A stretch of 64,000 nucleotides of DNA from Paraspadella gotoi (taxonomy: Eukaryota; Animalia; Chaetognatha), in contig CM119265.1 of NCBI GenBank assembly GCA_051294375.1, forward strand, positions 12,327,866 to 12,391,865, read 5' to 3'. The number at the start of each line of letters is the position of its first letter. Position 1 is the first letter of the stretch. The translations under genes were made by a program, and so were the position numbers. Of the stretch, positions 25,026 through 35,695 are shown piece by piece. Under the pieces are notes generated by a model. That model worked only from the letters and a program-made list of their open reading frames with translations. It was not told the origin of the DNA and made no database searches.

Positions 25026-26231
25026 TCGCAAGCCGACGTCTCAAGCTGGTCGTTTGGCAGATTTTCGGCGGGCGAACGACCCTCGACGACCTCAGCGACT
25101 CGGCCTTCGACATCATCGCCGACAAGCTGGAGAGGCTCGACGCGAGATCGTTACGCTCGAGCCTGGACCTCCTTCTGCTCTTTCCTTCAATGTAAGCGGA
25201 AGTTCGAGGACTTGATGCGTCTCTGAAGGATGTTCGGGAGTACCTGCCCATCTCGGTTGGGTTAGGCTTGTCGTACAGCACGGTGAACCTTCACGTCAGC
25301 GATTTCGCCACCTTGCGGCTCAGGGTTCGTACTCGGTGGGGGAACACCCCCTCGTTCGACGTTTCTCAAGGGACCTTCGAGCGGAGTCCCCCCCTACTCG
25401 CCGATGTTTCCTCCGTGGGATGCGGCGTTGGTTTCTACGCGTTTTGGACGTCGTCGCCCCTCCGCCGTCTCCCGCTCACGTTCTTACGGCGCTCTCTCTC
25501 TTTTTCTTTTGGCACTCGCTTCGGCCAGAGGCCGTCGGAGATAGTTTCGCTCAAGTGTGATCAAGCACTGCTCGCTCGCCGCGGATCATGGGCGTTTGTT
25601 TCGTCCAAGCTTTCCAAGACAGATCGCGTTGGGCACATGGGCCGGTCCTTCAGGGTGGACGCCCCTGCCGGCGTCATCGCGTTTGCCCATTGCGGCTCTG
25701 AGGGAGTGGCTTCGAGTCCGCGAATGTTTAGCGCCGTCTCACGTTTTCCTTTTCTGCGCCCTTCTTCGCCGCCTTTCTCCGTTTTCGCCCTCAACGGTTT
25801 GCGGCATTCTAAAGGCGCTCTTTTGGAGGCGAATGTCGACGCTCGCCAGGATCTACTCGTGCATGGCGGTCTCGAAGCCTTCGCCCGCGGCGTCGGATCT
25901 CGGCGTCATTCTCAGGGCCGGAGACTGGTCCGGAGATCAGACCTTCTCCGGTTTTACTGCGAGGGACGTCTCATGGGGCGCTTCGTTGGCGTTTTTTCTC
26001 GGACTAGTGAGCGCGTCCCCGGCTCAGCAGCACTTCGACAGAGTGATGCAGCGTCGGGACTGGGCCCTGAAGCAGCTCTGCTGCCGCTGAGGCCGGGAGA
26101 GTATTTTTTCGTTTGACTTTTGTTTCTGTTTCACATGTCTGGTCACAGCGCGTTGTCTCGCCCTTTTTGGGAGACAAAAGGCTAATGTGGGGGGGTTTCG
26201 ATGAAGAACCGTTCATTGAACCATTCAAATT
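25026..26231 (+). mobile_element. DIRS-like element, 3' part, with a frameshifted tyrosine recombinase
   Basis: Across frames: SWRGSTRDRYARAWTSFCSFL, GLSYSTVNLHVS, GQRPSEIVSL, KLSKTDRVGH, ILRAGDWSGDQTF. These follow DIRS YR motifs. Ends ...GAACCATTCAAATT at the same MITE junction as the first element. Confidence 0.75.
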
Positions 26232-26238
26232 ATTTCAG

Positions 26239-29038
26239 TAATTTTCGCAGTAGGCTATATTTATATATAGTACTATCCTTATAAAATCGAAAAATTTCAA
26301 AATAGGCTTTTCTTAATTTTGATTGCAGATTTGAATTCCTCGTCAAAAGTTGATAAAAGAAAATATAAATCATTTAAAAAAATTCTTTCATTAAGTGGGT
26401 TAAAAATTAAAAAAACTATATTTAATATATAAAAAATTAATTTCAGCTTAAAATATAGCTTTTTCTAATTTTTGACCCACTTAATGAAGGAATTTTTCAA
26501 AAAGAGTTATATTTCTTTTTATCAACTTTTTATGATGAATCCAAATCTGCAAAAAAATCTTAGAAAAAACTGTTTTGAAATTTTAACATTTATTGGTTTA
26601 GTACTAGTATAAATATGGCCTACTGCGTAAATTGTAAAATTTATTATAAAAAATTTTTTTATTACATAAATGTTTATAATATCATGTTGTTCGTTCCTCA
26701 CTTTTAGAATTTTAATTAAAGTTTAAATTTAGAAATTTTACTACGCCTTAGTAATTAAGTAATTTTAAAAAACCCAACCCACTTTTTAGTGGGTTTTTTT
26801 GGTTTTTAGCTGGGTTTTTTTTGTTTTTTTTGGGTGGGTTTTTTAATGCCAACCCTGCTACTTGTTAAAAATAAAAAAAATTTAAAAAAATATCATTTCT
26901 AGGTTAAAAGAGGTTTTGCGCAAGCACAGGCTGAATTAGACGTGCTGAGAAAGACTCAAGAAGATTTAAACAATGGCAAAGGAAAGATCGAGGAAATGGT
27001 GACCAAGTTAGAGAGAGAGATCGTTGACGTTCAGACAACATCGATCAACTGAAAAACAAGGAGAGGACATCGACGAGGCCTCGGCAAGCTGGACGAGCAG
27101 GTAGTAAAGACTTATAAGTTCCCGCGAATTCGAAGACCTAGACGTTTTTGGATTTGAAAGATCAAATAAAATGTATACGATTTGAAAATCAAAAATTTAA
27201 TTTGATTTCATTCTACGCAGGAGAACCTCTCCATCGACGACGCTGTCATTCCTACGGCACCATTATATCGTCAACTTTTTAACGCCTTTGCGGAGGAAAA
27301 CGCGACTGAGGACGCTATCTATTACGTTCGGCGAAGGCCTTCGCCGCGGGGTAATCGATTTGGACGTATTCATCAAACAAGTGCGCAGCCTTTCGCGCGA
27401 ACATTCATGCTCAGGGCTCTCATGCAAAAGTGCCGACAGAAAGCGGACTCGACTCCGCGAAAGACATTTAACGCATTTCTAGATGGTTTTGATGACGAAC
27501 TTGTATAAATCTTTATTTTACAACATAGATTATCTACCGCTTTACTGCAAGATTGTTCAAGTCAACCGGATATTCTGGTCTCATCCGCTGTGAGAATAGA
27601 GAAAAAGCGCCTTCGTAATTGTATTTTTTAACCCGATTTAGATTTTTGAAATTTGTAAAAAAATTCATGTTTTTGTTAAGTTAAGAATGAAGTACGCGCA
27701 GTAGGCACGTAGATGAGGCACTTTTACTGTATTGAACTAAGAAAACTTTAATGCTAATTATATTAGTGAATTTATAGCTCCTTGTGCAACCTACTACTAA
27801 ACTTTCTTACAGCCGGCACATCATCAAGATCAGACCGCTTTTATTCTGCTAGTCATGTAACTTTGGGAATGTATTGTCGCCAGGATTTTAATATTGATTA
27901 AAAAACGTTTGGTTTATTGCATCTAAAACTGATTTTGTATTGGTAATTTAATTATTCAGTGGGTGATTATGTTTTTTATCGTCGCAATCGCTTGCGTTTG
28001 TGTTTGTTCCGATTGTCCCAATATATGGCGTCGTCGTCGTCGTTGGTGGCATTCCCAATTATAGATCGCTTTTTATATATCATTTGAAATTGTATGAGTT
28101 GAAAAATTAGATATATATTCTTATCATCCAAGGTTAATGAGGTTAATGTTGTTTGTATACCTTTTATATAAACAATAATTATTTTATGTATCTTTTTTAT
28201 TATTATTATTATAATAATATATTATTTCTCAGTCTTTTTTTTCATTTTTTGTTCTTTCAGCTTTTTTATTTTTAATTTTTTTTAAAATTCTATTACTTTC
28301 CTTCTAATCATTGTATCTTAATTTTTGTTAAAGCTCTAGCTATGTCTCTCTATCTTGCTTTTTTGTCTGTTTGTCCATCTGTTATTAGATACAGAAGGCT
28401 TATCCTGAACAGTTGCAGAAATGTTTGTCCAGAAAAGTAAATCTATTCTTGTGAAAAACCAATTTTTGCTCTATTTTCAGGAACATAAACATAGGAGGTT
28501 CATGCACGCTTTCGTTAGGGAGCAAAAATTAGATCTAAAATGATGGACTAACAAAGTTCAAAAGAAAAAAATTAATTTAAATTTGTAAAAATTCGTTTTA
28601 AAATTGTTTTTCTACAAAGTTAAGACATTAATTAAAATGATCCTACTAAAAAATTTACCTTTTTTTAAAAAAAAAATTCCTTTTTTCCCTTCTGGGGTAA
28701 CACCCCCCCCATGGCCCTGTATCATAGCTCAGTGGTAAAAAATTGAAAATCCCTTCAATAGTCCCATTTGTACGGCCATTAGGATACTACGAAAAATCGT
28801 ATCAAATTTGGTTTAGTAATTTGTTCAGACCGATACTCGGTTCGAAAAAGCATTTTCAAATATGAAGCCTTCTGTATTCATTTTTTTTTTCTTTTTTTTT
28901 AATTCTAAGCTAATGTTATTTTTTATGTATTAAGCCAAGTTTGTTATTTATAAAACTTAGTTTCTTGTATCCAATTTGATTTTTGGAATATCAAATTTTG
29001 TTATGTAGAGCCAAACTTCGTCAATGGGTGGGTCAGAA
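26239..29038 (+). repeat. Near-identical duplicate of 22183-25000 (probable haplotype/contig overlap)
   Basis: Colinear match differing mainly by 1-nt and homopolymer indels. The first copy stops exactly at the gap. Confidence 0.9.
26903..27471 (+). pseudogene. TSG101: Frameshifted second copy of the last two TSG101 exons (probably sequencing error in an artefactual duplicate)
   Basis: Same sequence as 22850-23421 with multiple single-base indels. Confidence 0.6.
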
Positions 29039-29670
29039 GTTTGATTTGGGAACCTTTCAAATGAAACTTCATACATTTCTGAGAAAACTTTCAATGGAGC
29101 AAAATTTTCTAAAATGGCAAGAAGCATTAGTAATTAATTTTTAATATTTTTTTTAGATAGGAAATGTCAAAATTTTTTTTGGAATTTTTATTTTTAAAAA
29201 GCAGATTCAAATAGCTTATAAAAAGTTATCTGCACAAAGTATAATCTTTTTCAATATTTTGGATGATAAGTGGGTTTAAATTGAGAAAAACCTTAAAAAA
29301 TCATCATCATCATCCGATGATTTTAGCAGTTTTTACTAATTTTTAGTAATAAAACATAAAAATTTTAAAAAAGTGTAATTATATTTTTGCTTAACTTTTT
29401 AAGCTCTATCAGAATCAATTAAAAAAACTTAAAATATCAAAAAAAAATTTTGACATTATATAGCAATATAATAATATTAATTAGCGAATTACTCATGGTT
29501 CGGAACATTTTTTGCAAAAAAAATATTTTAACACAATAATTAATACCAATAATGGATTAGTTTAATGCTGTTCCCATTAAAATTTGAATTTGGTCGGCTA
29601 CCACTAGTTATGGGTGGCTAGTTGTTTTTTTTATGCGATTGCGACGATCCTTATGCTTTAAGATTTTTTT
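27978..29670 (+). mobile_element. HINE-like family 1 element with nested inserts
   Basis: Perfect 14-bp sub-terminal IR ATCGTCGCAATCGC (27978) / GCGATTGCGACGAT (29635), then a CTTA-TGCTT-TAAG mini-hairpin and a T-run; no TSD. Confidence 0.72.
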
Positions 29671-29931
29671 CTAATATTTTTTATTTATTCATAATAGGTT
29701 TTGTAATTTCTCTTTTTGGGTGAATATTAAATTCATTTTACTTCAGGTAAAACTTAGACTTAAGTAGGATTAGACACAATGGTGTACCGAACTACTGCTC
29801 ACTTCCCAATCAAAAAAAATTTGTTACTCAAATCAACGGCATTGAACGAATCGTAATGATTGGTGATTTTATTCATTTTCTGCGAAAATTTATGCAAATC
29901 CTCCCGGCAAAAAAGTAGTTACTAGTTTAGA

Positions 29932-32586
29932 ATGGAGACCACAAATTATCACTCAATCGAAGACGCAAATAATTTAGTTGCAAATGGTTCAACACCGGAG
30001 TCGGTCTTGACGAAAAAGCCTAATTCCTCCTCCCCAGAAAAAATCCGTGGCTCGGAAGGGGCCGACGGCCGAAAAAACTCAACGATGCAGTGCGGCGCGA
30101 AGAAGGTGATAATCATCGCCGTCGTTCTCTTTGTCGTCTTGGTGATAACTCTTGGCGTGGTTTTGGCTCTGACGCTGGGCAAGTCTACTTCGGAGGCTAT
30201 AGGTGTTTCCTTCGAAGATGCCGTGTCGGGCGATCTCTATCCCAAAACAGCATCGCTTAGATGGATTTCGTCAAATACCTTCATACTCCAAGATCATACG
30301 CAATTGAAAGAAGTCAACATCGCTGACAAAAAAGAAAAGGTACTCGTCAAAAACTTGACGCGGCTTCACGCCGATCCCGATTCAAAGTACGTTGTTTCCA
30401 ACGATCGAAAGTATCTTCTTTACTCCACTAATATCAAACCCATATATCGTCACTCGACGAAGGCCAAATATTTCGTTTATGACGTCGCTACGGAAAAAAT
30501 TCATTCCTTGAAACCGAAATCGTCTGCTCTGGACATGTTACAGTATGCCACTTGGAGCCCGACAGGCAATCAGATCGCATTTGTTTATGATAACAACGTT
30601 TATGTATCAAAGACTCCCACTGCGGATCCAGTTCCGTTGACAACCGACGGCAAGATCAGCGAAGTTTTTAACGGAGTTCCCGATTGGGTTTACGAAGAAG
30701 AAGTTCTCTCCTCCAATAACGCGCTTTACTGGTCACCAAAAGCACAGAAGATTGCTTTTATACAGTTCAACGACACCGAAGTGCCTCGCTTCGATTTCCC
30801 TGTTTACAGAGATTATCACGAAGCATATACCACTGCAGATACCTTCCGTTACCCCAAGGCCGGGTTTACTAACCCCACCGTCAAGCTTTTTGTGAGAGAC
30901 ATAGTGGACCCCACCAATAGCTCGAACGTTGAACTTTTTCCTCCAACCGATCATCATCTTGGGGAGGATTACCTTGTGAGCAGTGTGGCTTTTCGTGACG
31001 ATGTTTCTCTACTTGTCATTTGGACGAACAGAATACAAAACCAGTCTGTGATATCTCTGTGCGACGCTACTAAAGGCGTTTGTCACATAAACTTGAAGGA
31101 AGATTCTTCTTCTGGTTGGGTATGGGTTATTCCAACTCAAAATATATTCTTGGCCGAAGACGGATCGGCATATTTCCTCATTCTACCGCAAAAGAACGGG
31201 GGCGATTCATACCCTCATGTTGCTATGGTTTCTACCAAGAAAGACATCAAGATTCTTGGGCTGAAAGAATTTCTCACTTCCGGAAAAAAGGAAATTGACG
31301 ATTTGCTCGGTATTCGACGAATGTCGGAGACAGGGAAACCGGCTTACTACATAATATTTTACAGCGGTTCTCGCGAGGGAGACGAGGGTGCCCGAGAGCG
31401 TCACCTTTACGTCGTCAATACTAAAGATAAAAGAGAAAAGTGCCTTAGTTGCGACGAAGAAGTGGGAAAAGGTTGTACCTACTTCTCGGCCTCATTTTAC
31501 CAAAATTCGCAAGAGACTTATGCATTCTCGTACTTTGTTTTAACCTGCACGGACGATTCTATTTTATATTCTAGTGGCCCTACCCCATTCACCGCCACCT
31601 TTCAATACTCGCACAAAACAGGAGAAACCAAGTTGCTAGACACTTTGGAAAGGAACAAAAAGCTTGAAGATTCTCTGGCCAAAATTTCGCTTCCTCGCAA
31701 AAAGTTTTTCGAAACAATAGCGGAAGACGGAATGCCAATTCGTGGTCAAATCTTCCTCCCCTCCGCCATGAAGTACGATGGTAAACATCCGGTTTTGTTC
31801 TCCGTTTATTCCGGACCGTCAACTTCGAAGGTGAACAATCGATACGTCTTGGACTGGCACTCCTACATGTGCACAGAAAAAGGTTACGTCATTGTCAACA
31901 TTGACGGTCGTGGATGTAGCATGCGAGGAGACAAATTGCGCTTTGCGATCTACCGAAGGTTAGGAGGACCGGAGATCGATGACATTATCATTGCCGCCAC
32001 TTATCTCTTGACCGAGTCCGAATGGCACAATGCCTTCGATCGAGATCGCGTCGGCGTTTGGGGATGGTCTTACGGCGGTTATGCCACCTCTCACGTTTTG
32101 GGACGAGGATCTGGAGCTTTCACGTGCGGCGCCGCCGTTGCCCCCGTCTCTAGTTGGACATACTACGATTCGATATATACGGAGCGATACATGTCCACCC
32201 CCACTGACAATCCCGACGGATACGCCAACACCCAAGTAATGGCACCCGAACGCGTCGAACATTTTCGAAACGCTCATTTCTTACTTATTCACGGAACGGC
32301 CGATGATAACGTTCATTTTCAAAATAGTATGCAACTCACAACTGCCTTAATTAGGAAACAAATTCCTTTCGAGACCCAGGTGTATCCCGACAAGAATCAC
32401 GCGATCGGCGGAAGCGCTTATAGAATTCATCTCTACTCTAAACTGACTAGTTTCTTCGACAGTTGCTCGAGAAAAGAAATTGCAAGTCCCGAAAAGAGCC
32501 GGCATAAGCGAAGCATCGAAGAGTTTCCGGTTGACGATCGTTTGGGAGAGTTTTCAGAGAAGCAGTTTCCCGATTGTTTAGGGTGA
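29932..32586 (+). CDS. Dipeptidyl peptidase 4/FAP-like S9B peptidase, intronless CDS
   Basis: 884-aa ORF: signal-anchor TM, NGVPDWVYEEEV, YPKAG, GWSYGGY (catalytic Ser), HGTADDNVHFQ (Asp), YPDKNHAI (His). Confidence 0.95.
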   Translation: METTNYHSIEDANNLVANGSTPESVLTKKPNSSSPEKIRGSEGADGRKNSTMQCGAKKVIIIAVVLFVVLVITLGVVLALTLGKSTSEAIGVSFEDAVSGDLYPKTASLRWISSNTFILQDHTQLKEVNIADKKEKVLVKNLTRLHADPDSKYVVSNDRKYLLYSTNIKPIYRHSTKAKYFVYDVATEKIHSLKPKSSALDMLQYATWSPTGNQIAFVYDNNVYVSKTPTADPVPLTTDGKISEVFNGVPDWVYEEEVLSSNNALYWSPKAQKIAFIQFNDTEVPRFDFPVYRDYHEAYTTADTFRYPKAGFTNPTVKLFVRDIVDPTNSSNVELFPPTDHHLGEDYLVSSVAFRDDVSLLVIWTNRIQNQSVISLCDATKGVCHINLKEDSSSGWVWVIPTQNIFLAEDGSAYFLILPQKNGGDSYPHVAMVSTKKDIKILGLKEFLTSGKKEIDDLLGIRRMSETGKPAYYIIFYSGSREGDEGARERHLYVVNTKDKREKCLSCDEEVGKGCTYFSASFYQNSQETYAFSYFVLTCTDDSILYSSGPTPFTATFQYSHKTGETKLLDTLERNKKLEDSLAKISLPRKKFFETIAEDGMPIRGQIFLPSAMKYDGKHPVLFSVYSGPSTSKVNNRYVLDWHSYMCTEKGYVIVNIDGRGCSMRGDKLRFAIYRRLGGPEIDDIIIAATYLLTESEWHNAFDRDRVGVWGWSYGGYATSHVLGRGSGAFTCGAAVAPVSSWTYYDSIYTERYMSTPTDNPDGYANTQVMAPERVEHFRNAHFLLIHGTADDNVHFQNSMQLTTALIRKQIPFETQVYPDKNHAIGGSAYRIHLYSKLTSFFDSCSRKEIASPEKSRHKRSIEEFPVDDRLGEFSEKQFPDCLG

Positions 32587-33250
32587 TAATTTTGTTTTGA
32601 AATGCTTGACAATACTATATCACTTTCCTTCCATTTGTCAATATTTACTCCGGTTATGGTCGCCATTTTCATATTTTTTTTTACTATATCTTATCGATGG
32701 ATTTTTATCTGAGCCTTGTGATTTTGTAATTGTATTTTCACTTTTATGTAGTTATTTATAATTTTGTTTTTTGTTATAATTCCTCTGTCCAATTTCCTTT
32801 TAAATCCGCCCACATTTTTCATGACCTAGCTCTACCTCAAAAAGTGTTTGGTGTCGTTTTGGGAAGTTGGAAAATAATTTGTAAATTTTTAATCGCAAGC
32901 TCTGACGCCGTTGACACTTTGAGATGGTAATTGCACCAAATGAAGAACTCTTGTCAGATCTCATCATTCATCTTAATCATATATAATTTATAGAATCACA
33001 GATGCATGCATACTTAAAACCGCTTTCACTCGGTTAGTGTCGCCTTGATTTCATATGATTATGACTGTCTACACGGAGCAACAATTACATTACAGAATGA
33101 AATGGCTGGAATTGATCAAAACTCTAAAACTAGTCTCCTTTGATAAACGTATCTGAAGCAAAATTTGTTAATAGGACATTATATATATTCGCCGACTGGA
33201 ATAGGTTATTTTTTTACTCTCATATATCGTTCTCTTTTTGATTAATTTAT

Positions 33251-33396
33251 GGTGGTTAGGGGCTAGTGATAGTCAGAGGTGTTTAGGGTGAAGGTTAGGG
33301 GTGGTTAAGATTGAGGATGGTAAGGGTTACGGGTAATTAGGGGAGCTAAGGGTTAGGAGTGGTTAGGGTTAAAGAATAAGGGTGGTTTTCGAAAAA
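33251..33396 (+). repeat. Degenerate GGTTAGGG-rich dispersed repeat
   Basis: GGTGGTTAGGGG...GGTTTTCGAAAAA; a related copy with the same start and end is at 58511-58641. Confidence 0.6.
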
Positions 33397-35695
33397 GTCT
33401 TTGTATTCTTACCAATGATTTTTTTTTCGCGTAATGATATTTTGCCGTTAATGTAGTTTATAATTAACTCAAAGCCGAGTCGAGAGTCAGTCAAAAATAG
33501 AAGGTGATGATTCCTTCATAACAAACAGCATCTTATCCTCCTAGGGCGTAAGTTCTTGTGAAAGTTGTTTCGGTCTCTCTGGAGTCGCAATAAGGTGACT
33601 TTGAATGCTGCATGTCGTTCATTATTATTTTATTGTAATAAGGTCTGAAGAATTCGATGGTGATGACCATTTTTTTGTACAATTTTATCTATCTTGTTGG
33701 AAATGACGATTTTTAATGTATATAAAATGTTAATAAAATAGTGCAATCATTATTATTGAAATACAAAAATAAAGGCCTATGATAAAATTTTGCTAAACTT
33801 ATTTTTAAATTTTGTTTTATTAAAGTTAGCTATATTTATTAATAATTATGAGTAAAAATTTAAAAAAAAAGTTAAAAAATAATAATTTTTAAAAATTTAT
33901 CCCGGATTCGCAAAAAGTTGATATAAGAAAATATAATTTAAAGGGTACTGATTCAAAACTTAGAAAATCCGTATCACTTCATCTTTTTTTATTTTATGAC
34001 GCATCGGGTGCATTTAAATAAAAAAATTTAATTGAAGATACTTAACCAGAGTGGCTGATACTGTGTGAACTTAATTAATTAAGGTTAAAATAGGTCTTGT
34101 TAAACTGCGGCAGTGTAATGGCTAGTAAAGATGTCCTAGTAAATATTTCTAAAGAGTTTTTCATTTTCTTTCTTTAGATTTTTTCTTTTAGCATAGAAAT
34201 GACCTACTAGCGTGCATTTAGTCTTTAGACTTTAGTATTTAATCTATATTATTTAAACAAATATATATTGCTTTCTTTCTAAAAATTCAATTTGGGAAGG
34301 GGAAGTCAGTGTTGTCTTCTGGAAATAGAGGGAGCATCTATACAACACAAGGTTAAATTACAATCTGTCCTAGTTTTCTAATAGATATCACACATCATTT
34401 CTGTTAGAAAGTCATTAATGAAAAATCATAATATCTCAGAGACTGAACAGAATGGGGTGGGAATGGATAATTTTTTGAGGGGGGACCAAAGTTATATGAT
34501 TTTTTTTACCAATAGGGATAAGATTACCATGTAAAATTGTATGTTCTGATAGGGATATATACTGGGGAAAGGTCTATAAGGGCACCTTTATATCATGAAT
34601 ATAATTTTAAAATACTTTAATAAAAATTATATTTTTTCTTTATCTTTTTCTTTATTTTTTACAAGGAATTCAAATCTGGTTTTAAATTTTTTTTTTTTTA
34701 ATTTTAGCCTATTTTTTATTACTGTTTATATAATATAAAATTTGTAAATAAACTTAATGAAATATTTTATGGGTCTTTAATTTTATATTATATAAGCTAA
34801 ATGTGACTTTTATAAAATTTTAATAATTTAAGTTTTTCATACTTTACAATGTTTGCGTAATGATGAAATATATAAAAGAAAATGGTTAGAATCATCGAAT
34901 TCTTCAGTCCTTATTACATTAAAATAATAATGAATGAAATTAAATGTCTTATATTTTCTTATCTTTAAACGCTCTAACGTACATGGCGAGATGGAGTAAC
35001 ATAGCTCTACCTCAGTAGTTGTCGTGTCTCAGCGAAGTAACGGCGGTTGCATTGTCGCTGGGGTTACAGGGCCGAGAGAGCTATTGCTATTCAGTACACA
35101 TGACAATTAATATAATTTTTTCTGTGGTTTTCTGTTGCTTTGTGTTGACAGTTTTTTGTCTCAGGTTTCCGGCCGAATATGATTGTGGTTTAGCTACAGA
35201 GTAATAATGAAAAAAATATTATAGCATAAATTACTTTCTTATAAATTCAAGTAAAAAATTCATTAAAAAAATTTAGTTTATATGCGATTTTAATGACATC
35301 TACTACCTATTTTTTTATAATTTTTGGCAAGGTTTGCTCTTGACTAGAAAAAAATATGAATGATACTGTATCGGTGATCTTCTGTTTTTTATTATTAATT
35401 TTCAAATATGATTAATATAATAATAATAGAAGATGCCGAATTGGAAGCTAGTTATATTTAATCTTGTTATTTCACAACGTTCACGAAGTGATAGTTTTCT
35501 CTCCTGTGGCTCATTTGATACAAACAATTTTACTTGGGGTTTTTCAGTTTTTTATTATTTTTAATCAATTAATATTCTCGCTAGAAAACACAATCCTTTC
35601 AATTCTGTTTTCAGTCTGATGTAGTTAATCGCGTTTTTACTCTGACCTGGATATGGGCTGAATCTTGTTAAGTTAAAGAGAAAAGATAAGGTACA

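Noticed and set aside
26903-27471. Genuine tandem duplication of the TSG101 3' end
   Set aside because: Abuts an N gap and differs almost only by single-base indels, typical of a low-coverage contig end.
33251-33396. Interstitial telomere or chromosome fusion scar
   Set aside because: Highly degenerate, short, and a second copy has the same boundaries, so it is better explained as a dispersed repeat.
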